Below, one piece after another: positions 30,682-39,597 of a DNA stretch of 64,000 bases (its first letter is position 1; the number at the start of each line of letters is the position of its first letter). The notes under the pieces are model-generated. The model saw only the letters and a list, made by a program, of their open reading frames with translations, was not told the origin of the DNA and made no database searches. The stretch is taken from the NCBI GenBank assembly GCA_049515655.1, contig JBEKTW010000012.1, forward strand, positions 8,904-72,903, written 5' to 3'. The stretch comes from Bacteroidota bacterium (lineage in GTDB: Bacteria; Bacteroidota; Ignavibacteria; UBA10030; SZUA-254). The position numbers and the translations under genes are program-made.

Positions 30682-30841
30682 TTACTGCAATAATTCTTCT
30701 GCGAAAATGTTTGAACTGTCGTCTTCCGTGGTTTCCACCTGATGGGCTCTCAGCTTGTTGAGGATGAACAGAAGCGGGACGGCCGCGAGCGCGGCGATTC
30801 CAATCCACTTTAGCAACTTCGTTATACTTTTCGATTCGTCC
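30682..30841 (-). CDS. possible small (53-aa) single-TM membrane protein
   Basis: ATG at 30841. Product MDESKSITKLLKWIGIAALAAVPLLFILNKLRAHQVETTEDDSSNIFAEELLQ*. It is below the track's size cutoff and preferred over the overlapping track ORF 30611..30808. Confidence 0.3.
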
Positions 30842-31036
30842 ATGACAAAGGGTTCCAGTAATCTAATATACGTTCTATCATAATATACGATTTTTTCTGA
30901 TAAGATACTTGACGAAGATCACATAGAACCTTTTTCCCAACGGGAAACCGGCAGCGGGAGAAGTGCTCTATACGGATTGTTTTGCCCATAATAATAAATC
31001 ATATTACGCAGAGCTATAATTCTAAATGAAAAATAG

Positions 31037-31327
31037 TAAATCCGAATACCGAAACCGTAAACAAATCCTAAATCCGAATATCTAAACTCTAAATTCCGCT
31101 TTTCAGAATCCCGCTCCCCAGCGGAATCCAGAAGCGGGACAATTCCTAAATCTTAATATCCAAATTCTAAACAAGCACCAAGTCCCAGCATCTAAACCAA
31201 GACATCCAAAGAATCAAAAAAGGTTGTCGTTCTGATCGGTGTTTCGATTTTTGCATTTAGAACTTAGATTTTATTTAGGATTTCGGATTTCGTGCTTCGA
31301 ATTTATCTATGATTTTGGACATCGAAC
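31037..31327. repeat. A-tract-phased repeat element, copy B (module Y 31037-31100, internal hairpins, inverted module X 31253-31327)
   Basis: Shares the exact 21-mer aaacaaatcctaaatccgaat and the 12-mer ctaaactctaaa with copy A. The reverse complement of 31253-31327 (gttcgatgtccaaaatc...cgaagcacgaaatccgaaatc) matches module X of copy A, including an identical 17-mer. A TCCCGCT...AGCGGGA inverted repeat lies at 31109-31139. Confidence 0.5.
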
Positions 31328-31366
31328 GTTGCTTTACGTAACGTCACTTAATAATTTCATAGAGAT

Positions 31367-33292
31367 TTGCCTGTGAATCAAACACATCCTGTGACGGAAA
31401 AAATATCCATCGTTCTTTCAATCTTACTGTGCGGCGCATTCCTGTGCTACGGCAAACCGCTCCGGACAACGCCGGCAGGTTCTTCACACCCCTCACTCGT
31501 TCTTATGTGCCTCTCCGCCCATCCCGACGATGAAGACGGCGCCGCGCTCGCATTCAACGGAATAGTACGCGGCCTCAAAACGTACAGTGTCCTTTTCACA
31601 CGAGGTGAGGGCGGACAGAATGAAACCGGTTCCGAACTCTACGAGGACCTCGGTGAACTACGAACAAATGAAACGCTCGAAGCGGCCAAGATTCTCGGCA
31701 CCGAGGCCTATTTCCTCGGCTTCCCTGATTTTGGATTTTCAAAAACGGCGAAGGAGACTTTCATTAAGTGGGGCGGCAAAGACAGCGTCCTCGCGCGGCT
31801 CGTGTACTTCATCCGGGCGCTCAAACCTGATGTTATCATCACAAATCATGACACCGTCACGGTCAAACCGAATCGCCAGCACGGCAACCATCAAGCAGTA
31901 GGTATTACGGCCTATGAAGCGTTCTCGAAAGCAGCCGACCCGCTGTACCATCCGGGACAATTGAACGACAGGGTCACGACGTGGCAGGTAAAAAAACTTT
32001 TCTTCCGCTCGTTCAGGGCGGACTCCACGGCAAAGAACAGGCAGTTCGTCGAGCTGGATACGCGCCAGCGTGACAGTACCGGCACACCCATCGAGCAAAT
32101 CGCCATTGCCGCTCTCCACAAGCACCGTTCGCAGGGCCTGGAACGAATCACGCTCGAAGGTATCCCGGATTTCTTCCGGCGCCATAGATATTACCTCGTT
32201 GAGAGTGACCGTCAATATCCGTTCGATAACCATGATCTCTTTTCGGGGATCACACCGTCAATAAGAACTCAGGGCTCCGTCACAAGCGCGGCTCTCCAGG
32301 CCGCTGCACCCGTGAAAATCGTGGTGTCGCCGGGGTTCGTACCGCTAAATCTATCGGGAGAATCGGGCAGTAGGGACATCAGCCGGACATTCGTTGTCAA
32401 TCTCATCAAGAACACTTCCGGGAAGGTCGATGCGAGGCTGAGCATTCACGCTGGAAAGGAAGGCCGGAGCCTCTTCTCAAAAAGGATTTCCCTGGACTCG
32501 CAGAAATATGCTGACACCGTGCGACTTACACTGGGCAGGGATGAAATCATGGCCGCAAAAGTCCTACATTTTAATGTGGAAGAAGCAAATATCGCTCACG
32601 CGATTCCGGCCAGCACAATTGTAACATTCCAGCCTGTTACCGCGAATTTCGAATCCGATGCGCTGGTGGGTATTGTCGCCACGTATGACAATTCATTGGA
32701 AGAAGTGCTGCACTCATTCCACGTCAACTATCGCCCCATCGACTCGAGCGCGTTAGCCACGGAGGATTTAGGGAAATACACGACGATCCTTCTCGACCTT
32801 CGGACGTTTGAATTCCGGAACGACGCCGTCAAGTACGCAAACCGGTTGATCGACTACTCCTATGGCGGCGGCAATCTGGTCTGTTTCTACCACAAATTGA
32901 ATGACTGGAACGGGAAAGGATTCTCGCCGTACCCCATCACGATCACGAATGAACGTGTAACGGAAGAGGACGCTGCCGTCGTTCCGCTCGTGCCCGACCA
33001 CCCTCTGCTAACAACACCAAACATGATCTTGCCCCAAGATTGGAACGGGTGGGTGCAGGAACGAAGCATTTACCTGCCGAGCGACGACACGCTGAAGACC
33101 TCTGCAAGATATGTCCGTATACTGGCGATGAGCGACGAGAATGAACATCAACCGCCGACGTCCCTCCTCTGGACCCGATACGGCAAAGGGACATACACTT
33201 ACGCATCGCTCGTTCTCTACCGGCAGCTGCGCATCCTCAACGACGGAGCCGTCAAGCTGTTGTTTAATCTCATTTCCCGGAAGAACCGCTGA
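31367..33292 (+). CDS. secreted PIG-L/LmbE-family N-acetylglucosaminyl deacetylase fused to an approximately 350-aa C-terminal domain of unknown function
   Basis: The N-terminal domain has the LmbE signature (LSAHPDDEDGAALAFNG...ITNHD...HGNHQA). TTG/GTG start. The C-terminal half has no recognisable motif. Confidence 0.7.
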   Translation: MPVNQTHPVTEKISIVLSILLCGAFLCYGKPLRTTPAGSSHPSLVLMCLSAHPDDEDGAALAFNGIVRGLKTYSVLFTRGEGGQNETGSELYEDLGELRTNETLEAAKILGTEAYFLGFPDFGFSKTAKETFIKWGGKDSVLARLVYFIRALKPDVIITNHDTVTVKPNRQHGNHQAVGITAYEAFSKAADPLYHPGQLNDRVTTWQVKKLFFRSFRADSTAKNRQFVELDTRQRDSTGTPIEQIAIAALHKHRSQGLERITLEGIPDFFRRHRYYLVESDRQYPFDNHDLFSGITPSIRTQGSVTSAALQAAAPVKIVVSPGFVPLNLSGESGSRDISRTFVVNLIKNTSGKVDARLSIHAGKEGRSLFSKRISLDSQKYADTVRLTLGRDEIMAAKVLHFNVEEANIAHAIPASTIVTFQPVTANFESDALVGIVATYDNSLEEVLHSFHVNYRPIDSSALATEDLGKYTTILLDLRTFEFRNDAVKYANRLIDYSYGGGNLVCFYHKLNDWNGKGFSPYPITITNERVTEEDAAVVPLVPDHPLLTTPNMILPQDWNGWVQERSIYLPSDDTLKTSARYVRILAMSDENEHQPPTSLLWTRYGKGTYTYASLVLYRQLRILNDGAVKLLFNLISRKNR

Positions 33293-34756
33293 GTGTCGTC
33301 CCCGGCACCACACGACCGCCCGGAGCTCATACGAGGGGTCGGCCTCACGGCCGCTACCTCTCTGAACATGATCGACATGATCGGTGTCGGTCCGTTCATC
33401 ACCATCCCGCTGATCGTCGCCGCCATGGGAGGTCCACAGGCAATCCTCGGATGGATCTTCGGCGCCGTGCTCGTCGCGTGTGACGGACTTGTGTGGGCAG
33501 AGCTCGGCGCGGCATTGCCGGGTTCGGGCGGGTCGTACCGGTATCTCAAGGAAATCTATAACCCCGCCGGGCTCGGGAAGTTGATGGCTTTCCTGTACGT
33601 CTGGCAACTCTCGTTCAGCGCCCCCCTTTCGATTGCATCGGGTTGTATCGGCCTCTCGCAGTACGCCGGCTATTTACTGCCGTCCCTCGGGAAAACGCTG
33701 CTGCACCAGGATCTTCATTTTGCGATCCCGTTCCTCGGCACGGTGGAGGCAAGCTCGCTCCTGACTGCCGGCACATTTGTCGCAATGGCGGCGTGCCTGG
33801 CGGCAGTGTTCCTGCTCTATCGAAACATTACCGTCATCGCACGGATTTCCCGCTACCTGTGGGTGGGAGTAATGCTGACGATCGGCTGGATCATCATTGC
33901 AGGAATCACACATTTCAACAGCGCGCGGGCTTTCAGTTTCCCACCCAACGCATTCTCCCTCTCGACGAATTTCTTCAACGGGATGGGCGCCGGAATGATT
34001 GTCGCGATTTATGATTACTGGGGATACTATAATGTGTGTTTCATCGGCGGCGAGGTGAAAAACCCCGGTCGCGTCATCCCGCGCGCCATTCTTTTTTCGA
34101 TTCTGTTTGTGGCGATCATTTATCTCACAATGAACGTCAGTATTCTCGGCGTGATCCCCTGGCAGGAGCTGAGTGAGACCGCAGCTTCCGACGCCCGGCA
34201 GTACATAGTTTCGGTGTTCATGCAAAGGATCTACGGAAATTGGGCAGGGCTACTTGCGACAGTTCTCATCATGTGGACGGCCTTTGCATCGATCTTCTCG
34301 CTTCTCCTCGGCTATTCACGGGTGCCGTATGCAGCCGCGCTGGAGAGGGATTATTTCAGGGTATTTTCGAACATCCACCCCAAACATCGCTTCCCGAATG
34401 TCTCATTACTCGCGCTGGGGTTCGTGGCAATCCTGTTTTGCTCCCTGCGGCTCTCGGACGTCATCGCGGCGCTGGTCGTCATTCGCATCATCGTACAATT
34501 TCTAGCGCAGACGGTCGGGATCGTCGTCCTGCGTATTCGCCGGCCGGAGATGCCCCGTCCTTTCCGCATGTGGCTGTATCCTCTCCCGGCAATGGTGGCC
34601 TTCGTCGGGTTTCTTTACGTTCTGATTATGCGGGAGAACTTCCTGAAGGAAATCCGTTACGCCGCCGTCATTATTGTCGTCGGACTTGTTCTTTACGTAC
34701 TTCGTGCGGTCCGAAACGGCGATTGGCCATTCTCCGTGGCGCGTACGAATGAGTAA
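33293..34756 (+). CDS. APC-superfamily amino acid/polyamine permease
   Basis: About 12 TM helices. APC signature region (NMIDMIGVGPFITIPLIVAAMGGPQAILGWIFGAVL...GAALPGSGGSYRYL). GTG start, position uncertain. Confidence 0.8.
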   Translation: MSSPAPHDRPELIRGVGLTAATSLNMIDMIGVGPFITIPLIVAAMGGPQAILGWIFGAVLVACDGLVWAELGAALPGSGGSYRYLKEIYNPAGLGKLMAFLYVWQLSFSAPLSIASGCIGLSQYAGYLLPSLGKTLLHQDLHFAIPFLGTVEASSLLTAGTFVAMAACLAAVFLLYRNITVIARISRYLWVGVMLTIGWIIIAGITHFNSARAFSFPPNAFSLSTNFFNGMGAGMIVAIYDYWGYYNVCFIGGEVKNPGRVIPRAILFSILFVAIIYLTMNVSILGVIPWQELSETAASDARQYIVSVFMQRIYGNWAGLLATVLIMWTAFASIFSLLLGYSRVPYAAALERDYFRVFSNIHPKHRFPNVSLLALGFVAILFCSLRLSDVIAALVVIRIIVQFLAQTVGIVVLRIRRPEMPRPFRMWLYPLPAMVAFVGFLYVLIMRENFLKEIRYAAVIIVVGLVLYVLRAVRNGDWPFSVARTNE

Positions 34757-35169
34757 TCGGTTGGCAGATGGGATTGGGGAACGACATGAAACCTTTGCGC
34801 TCTCGCGATTTGAAAAGCTTTACCACAAAGACACAAAGGACACAAGGAGAAAACTTCATAGCCATCTTCAACCTCTGGGTTCTATGCGAATCCTTTACGG
34901 TCTCTGCGTTCAAAAAAACTTTAAACGCAGAGGACGCAGAGAAAAGATACGCAGAGATCGCAAAGGGGATTGGTTGCTACAGGGATGCATTCCAACTTCC
35001 GAGCTAGTGTTGCAATGCACAATACGTGCGTCATCCGCGCCGTATCAGTGAAAATCAGCTGTAAGTTGATAACTTTGAGTAGATCGGTCAACTTAGGGAA
35101 GTTGAACAAATGCCGGTGTTGTACCCTCGAAGCTTATTTGAATTGCACGCCGCCAGACGGCCGATGATC

Positions 35170-35604
35170 TTACTTGCCGATATCCTCATTCCATAGCGCG
35201 GGATGTTCTTTGATGAAATGCTCCATCATCTTCACGCATTCATCCAAATCAAGGTCGATGACTTCCACCCCGTGTTCACGCATGAAGTCGCGCGAGCCGG
35301 AAAAGGTTCTCGATTCGCCGACGACAACTTTTCGGATATTGAATTGAACCACCGCCCCGCCGCACAGGTAACAGGGCATCAAGGTCGAATAAAGGGTTGT
35401 GTTTCGGTAGTCTCCTACCCGGCCGGCGTTGACGAGGCAATCGATTTCCGCGTGCAACATCGTATTTTTTTCCTGCACTCGTTTGTTGTGCCCGCGTCCG
35501 ATGATTGTCCCATCCCGAACAAGCACAGAGCCGATAGGAATCCCACCTTCGGAGAGTCCCTTTTTTGCCTCCTTTATCGCTTCAGACATGACCTTATCCA
35601 TCAT
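35170..35604 (-). CDS. CDA-fold zinc deaminase (yeast-type cytosine deaminase / guanine-deaminase-like)
   Basis: HAE...PCxxC zinc motif (HAEIDCLVNAG...TLMPCYLCGGAV). Overall architecture and length (144 aa) match FCY1-type cytosine deaminase and B. subtilis GuaD. Confidence 0.8.
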   Translation of the reverse strand: MMDKVMSEAIKEAKKGLSEGGIPIGSVLVRDGTIIGRGHNKRVQEKNTMLHAEIDCLVNAGRVGDYRNTTLYSTLMPCYLCGGAVVQFNIRKVVVGESRTFSGSRDFMREHGVEVIDLDLDECVKMMEHFIKEHPALWNEDIGK

Positions 35605-35633
35605 AGATCTCTCTTGACTCCCTCAAGAATTAT

Positions 35634-35675
35634 CAATTGCTAACAACCAATTGACAATTGTCGATTAGCAGTTGG
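35634..35675. promoter_or_regulatory. dyad-symmetric element between the deaminase and ThrC-like genes
   Basis: caattgctaa...ttagcagttg is an inverted repeat (9 of 10 bases match) enclosing two CAATTG palindromes. Confidence 0.25.
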
Positions 35676-35710
35676 CCATTCACCATTACCTTGAGATGAT
35701 CAAGCTCGTC

Positions 35711-36943
35711 TCAGGTGAATTTCAGCCGCCTGACTGCCTCGAGCGTCGGCTCGATCACCGTGCCTGCACCCGCAACTTTCATCGCGCTTGCGATATCTTT
35801 CAAGCCGTTGCCGGTCAGCACGCACACGACTGTCTCATCCGATTTGACGAGACCGCCTTTGACTGCCTTTTTTAATCCCGCGTACGCGGCCGAGGCCGCA
35901 GGTTCGGAGAAAATCGCTTCGCCGCGCGCGAGTTCCGGAATCGCCGCGAGAATCTCATCGTCGCTCACTGTAAGGTATGCCCCCCCGGTTTCGCGCACGG
36001 CACGCACAGCACGCACACCGTCGCGCGGCATATCCGCGCTGATAGAATCCGCAACGGTTTGCGCATTGACGGCAGTGATCTTTTCTGTTCCGGCTTTCCA
36101 CGCGTTGTAACAGGCGGCCGAGCCTTCCGCTTGAATGCCCATGAGTTTCGGCATCCTGTCAATCCAGCCCAGGGCGAGCAAATCACGCAAGCCCTTCCAC
36201 AAACCGCTGATGATATTACCGTCGCCGACCGAAACGAAAATGGAGTCGGGCGTTTTCCAGCCTAGTTGTTCACACATCTCAATGGACGCGGTCTTCTTTC
36301 CTTCCACCGTATACGGGTTGAATGCAGTATTGCGGCAATACCAGCCGAATTCTTTCGAGACCTCCAGGCACAGGTCAAAGGCCTGGTCGTACGTACCTTT
36401 GACAAGGATGATGCGCGCACCGAAAATCAGCAGTTGGGCAATTTTCGCCTTCGGGGCCGTCTGGGGGACAAAAATCACCGCGGGCATTTTCGCAGCAGCG
36501 GCGAGACCTGCGAGCGCGGCGCCCGCATTACCGGTGCTTGCGGTTGTGATGACTTCAACACCCAGCTCACGCGCCTTTGCTACAACGACTGCGCTCGCAC
36601 GGTCCTTAAACGACGCGGTCGGATTGCGACCGTCGTCCTTGAGATACAGATGGCGCAATCCCAATCGTGGACCAAGAGTCGTCGAACGATAGAGCGGCGT
36701 CCAACCGACGTGAATCGGCGGCGCGGATGTGCGTGCATCGTCGAGCGGCAGAAGCGCCGAGTATCGCCAGATGGAGTAGTCGCGCGAATCGGAGATCGCA
36801 CGCGGAGAAGTTGATTCGTTGATTCGTTTGTAATTGAAAATCGTATCGAGGATACCATCAGACCCATGGTTGGGACAAACATAACGCGTGGTCCGGGGGT
36901 CGTACTCCGAGCCACATAGGGTACATTTGAAATGATAGTTCAT
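35711..36943 (-). CDS. threonine-synthase-like PLP-dependent enzyme (fold type II) with N-terminal Zn-ribbon
   Basis: PLP-lysine motif PTASFKDRA. Glycine-rich loop TASTGNAGAALA. N-terminal C-x2-C...C-x-x-H ribbon (MNYHFKCTLCGSEY..YVCPNHG). Start moved to the internal ATG at 36943. Confidence 0.75.
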   Translation of the reverse strand: MNYHFKCTLCGSEYDPRTTRYVCPNHGSDGILDTIFNYKRINESTSPRAISDSRDYSIWRYSALLPLDDARTSAPPIHVGWTPLYRSTTLGPRLGLRHLYLKDDGRNPTASFKDRASAVVVAKARELGVEVITTASTGNAGAALAGLAAAAKMPAVIFVPQTAPKAKIAQLLIFGARIILVKGTYDQAFDLCLEVSKEFGWYCRNTAFNPYTVEGKKTASIEMCEQLGWKTPDSIFVSVGDGNIISGLWKGLRDLLALGWIDRMPKLMGIQAEGSAACYNAWKAGTEKITAVNAQTVADSISADMPRDGVRAVRAVRETGGAYLTVSDDEILAAIPELARGEAIFSEPAASAAYAGLKKAVKGGLVKSDETVVCVLTGNGLKDIASAMKVAGAGTVIEPTLEAVRRLKFT

Positions 36944-36968
36944 ATGGAGACAACCACCTTCGAGATCA

Positions 36969-37985
36969 TTACCGTGTGATGTGCGTTCCGGTTTCACCGC
37001 GCAAGGCGCGCCCGATGTTTTCGGGATTCGTGATTATCGCGTGCTTGCCGCCGGCTTCGAGGAACCAGATGATCGCTTCAATCTTGGGAGCCATAGAACC
37101 TCTGGCAAAATGCGTGCCTTCCGCAAGATACCGTTTCGCCTCTGCTAGCGTTATCTTATCGAGCCATTGCTGATTCGGTTTGCCAAAATTAATTGCCACT
37201 TTCTCGACCGCCGTCGCAATCAGAAATAAATCGGCTTTGACTTTACTCGCGAGAAGACTGCTTGCAAAGTCCTTGTCGATAACTGCCGCGGTGCCCCGAT
37301 ACTCGCCATCGCCGACATCAATAACCGGTATCCCGCCGCCGCCAACCGTGATGACAATGATGCCCTGGTTCAGAACGGCTTCGATGGTTGACAGCTCGAC
37401 GATTTCTGCGGGCATAGGTGACGGAACCACGCGCCGCCAGCCGCGACCCGCATCTTCGACGACGCTCCAGTCCATTTCAGTTTTACGCCGCATCGCTTCA
37501 GCTTGATCCATGAATCCGCCGATGGGCTTCGATGGATGCTGGAAAGCCGGGTCCTTTTGATCTACCAGCACCTGCGTGATAATCGTCGCACATTGTTTCT
37601 TAATACCGCGATGATACAACTCGTTCTGCAGCGCTTGCTGCAATTCGTACCCGATCGCGCCCTGCGTATCCGCGCCGCATACATCAAGAGGAACTTCGTG
37701 CATTCCTTCGACTTTGGCGGCTATTTCGGAGCGGCGCAGGATGAAACCGACCTGCGGTCCATTGCCATGCCCGATTGCAACATCCCAACGTTGCTCGATC
37801 ATATCGGCGACATGATGTGCAGTTTCGCGTAATGCGCTTTCCTGATCTTCGACCGACTGGTGCTTTGTATCTTTGATGAGCGAGTTGCCGCCAATGGCGA
37901 TCACCGCGAGTTTGCGTTTGGGAACGCCGGGCCTTCTCCTGACAATTTTCCTCACCCTCTTCATTGTCTTCTTTTTCTTTGCCAT
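36969..37985 (-). CDS. arcC: carbamate kinase with a Lys/Arg-rich N-terminal extension
   Basis: CK core (KLAVIAIGGNSL..., VAIGHGNGPQVG, VITVGGGGIPV, GSMAPKIEA) preceded by MAKKKKTMKRVRKIVRRRPGVPKR. The track's longer N-terminus (38054) translates a repeat array and is rejected. Confidence 0.85.
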   Translation of the reverse strand: MAKKKKTMKRVRKIVRRRPGVPKRKLAVIAIGGNSLIKDTKHQSVEDQESALRETAHHVADMIEQRWDVAIGHGNGPQVGFILRRSEIAAKVEGMHEVPLDVCGADTQGAIGYELQQALQNELYHRGIKKQCATIITQVLVDQKDPAFQHPSKPIGGFMDQAEAMRRKTEMDWSVVEDAGRGWRRVVPSPMPAEIVELSTIEAVLNQGIIVITVGGGGIPVIDVGDGEYRGTAAVIDKDFASSLLASKVKADLFLIATAVEKVAINFGKPNQQWLDKITLAEAKRYLAEGTHFARGSMAPKIEAIIWFLEAGGKHAIITNPENIGRALRGETGTHITR

Positions 37986-38034
37986 GATTATTGTCCTTTT
38001 TTTGCCTTCGATAACCAGGTAACTACTCAACCAA

Positions 38035-38098
38035 TCAACGATCCAACTACCCAACTATTCAACTACTCAACGATCCAACCACTCAACTATTCAACTAT
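38035..38098. repeat. 32-bp tandem direct repeat x2 (tcaacgatccaactacccaactattcaactac)
   Basis: Two adjacent units differ at 3 positions. Same CAACTA-type 8-mer family as the arrays around the 39.1-39.8 kb cassette. Confidence 0.6.
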
Positions 38099-38106
38099 CG
38101 CACTAT

Positions 38107-39087
38107 TTAACCCATCGTCAATGCCATCGCCGCTTTCTGGGCGTGCATCCGATTTTCAGCTTCATCGTACACAACCGAGTTGGGTCCATCCATTACGCCG
38201 TCGGTCACTTCGATGTTGCGGTCGGCGGGAAGCGGATGCATGTAAATTGCATCGGGTTTTGCCAGCTTTAGCCGTCGCTCGTCCATAATCCACGACGAGT
38301 ATTTGCCGATGATTTTTGCGCCTTCTTTTTCGTCCGCCGTGTGGACCATCGCGCCCCACGACTTAGCGTAGACGACGTCGGCGCCCTTCATCGCGGCATC
38401 CATATCGTTAACCACCTCGAAGCCTGCGCCAAATTTCTTCGCTTGCTCACGCGCTTGATCCATGATCTCCGGCATCAGTTTAAATTCCGGAGGATGCGCA
38501 AGGACGACATCCATTCCAAAGCGCGGCATTTGCAGGATGAGTGATTGCGGTACCGACATCGGTTTCTGGTACGAGGAGGCGTATGCCCATGACACGACGA
38601 TCTTCTTGCGGCGCAGATCGCGTCCCTTCTTTTCGACAATCGTCATCAGGTCGGCGAGTATCTGGTACGGGTGATAGACGTCGCACTGCATATTCAGGAC
38701 CGGCACCCGCGAGTGTTTTGCAACTTCATTGATGTATTTGTTGCCGACGCCCCAGTCCACATGGCGGATGGCGATGCCGTCGAAATACCGGCCAAAAATT
38801 TCTCCGATTTCCTTCGGCGTGTCGCCGTGCGCAATCTGCGTCGACCGCGACTCGATGAATGCCGCGTGCCCGCCGAGTTGTGCCATCCCTGCTTCAAAGG
38901 AACCGCGCGTACGCGTGCTGGAGAAAAAGAATAGCATGGCGAGGACTTTATCGCGCAGCACTGCCTGCGATTCATTCAACGCGCGTTTGCGTTTTAAATC
39001 AAAAGCAACGTCGAGGACAGTTTCAACTTCTTCTTTGCTGAAATCGAGATCGCCGATTAAATCACGGCCATGTAGGTATGTTTGCAT
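38107..39087 (-). CDS. transcarbamylase (ATCase/OTCase superfamily), substrate unknown (YgeW-context paralog 1)
   Basis: STRTR carbamoyl-phosphate motif (FFFSSTRTRGSFEAG), HPYQ and HPLP motifs. 326 aa. Adjacent to carbamate kinase. Confidence 0.8.
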   Translation of the reverse strand: MQTYLHGRDLIGDLDFSKEEVETVLDVAFDLKRKRALNESQAVLRDKVLAMLFFFSSTRTRGSFEAGMAQLGGHAAFIESRSTQIAHGDTPKEIGEIFGRYFDGIAIRHVDWGVGNKYINEVAKHSRVPVLNMQCDVYHPYQILADLMTIVEKKGRDLRRKKIVVSWAYASSYQKPMSVPQSLILQMPRFGMDVVLAHPPEFKLMPEIMDQAREQAKKFGAGFEVVNDMDAAMKGADVVYAKSWGAMVHTADEKEGAKIIGKYSSWIMDERRLKLAKPDAIYMHPLPADRNIEVTDGVMDGPNSVVYDEAENRMHAQKAAMALTMG

Positions 39088-39102
39088 GGGTTCTTCTTTC
39101 GT

Positions 39103-39174
39103 TTGATAGTTCGATAGTTAAATAGTTCAATAGTTAGATAGTTGGATAGTTCAATAGTTCGATAGTTGGATCGT
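39103..39174. repeat. 8-bp-period tandem array (NNATAGTT) of about 9-11 units
   Basis: tgatagtt cgatagtt aaatagtt caatagtt agatagtt ggatagtt caatagtt cgatagtt ... It continues degenerately into the 3' end of the adjacent four-helix-bundle gene. Confidence 0.7.
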
Positions 39175-39597
39175 TCAGTCGTTTGGTGGTTTCTTCGTTG
39201 GATCGTCGGAGCGTTGTTTGTTCGATGCTGAGCCGTGTTCGCGAAGATACGCGATGAATGCATTCATGAGTTGTTTCGCTTCAGTTGCCAAATTGTAAAC
39301 GGCATCCATTTGTTCTTGCGTGACGTACTTGCGATCAAGCGCGAGGTTCAATTCAGACTGTACTTCGCTGGCTGAGCGGCGCGCAATCTTTAGAAACCGG
39401 ATGAATTCCGGATTATAGCCAGAATCGAAGCCCTCTGCTATATTGTGCATCACTGATCCTGCCGCCGCCTGAATCTGATCCCGTAGCCTAAAGTCTTTCG
39501 CAAATCGTGTTCCTTCAGTGAGATCATAGATCGCGTTTGCCAATTTCCGCGCCTTATGCCAACACTCTAGATCTTCAAAGTGTCTGATTGTCCCCAT
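39175..39597 (-). CDS. four-helix-bundle protein (23S rRNA intervening-sequence protein family, TIGR02436/PF05635-like), copy 1
   Basis: MGTIRHFEDLECWHKARKLANAIYDL...RDQIQAAAGSVMHNIAEG...FLKIARRSASEVQSELNLA matches the family consensus. The gene is AT-richer than its flanks. The track start at 39612 is a TTG. Confidence 0.8.
   Translation of the reverse strand: MGTIRHFEDLECWHKARKLANAIYDLTEGTRFAKDFRLRDQIQAAAGSVMHNIAEGFDSGYNPEFIRFLKIARRSASEVQSELNLALDRKYVTQEQMDAVYNLATEAKQLMNAFIAYLREHGSASNKQRSDDPTKKPPND

Noticed and set aside
30611-30808. Track ORF 30611..30808 (-) overlapping the PBP1A 3' end.
   Set aside because: Arg/Cys-rich nonsense-like product. An alternative frame (30682..30841) gives a plausible single-TM peptide with its own ATG and was reported instead at low confidence.
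23179-31327. The 8-kb block between the inverted A-tract repeats as a composite transposon or integrative element.
   Set aside because: No transposase, integrase or recombinase is present. The cargo is core housekeeping (nusB, lpxH, PBP1A) with host-like GC. The repeats coincide with promoter regions.
37986-38054. N-terminal extensions given in the ORF track (carbamate kinase from 38054, DUF3108 from 20661, DUF2911 from 58310, M20 from 51277, SsnA-1 from 47106, lipoproteins from 3739 and 61079).
   Set aside because: The extensions translate repeat arrays or upstream gene tails, or precede clear signal peptides. Internal ATGs give family-typical N-termini, so shorter models were adopted.
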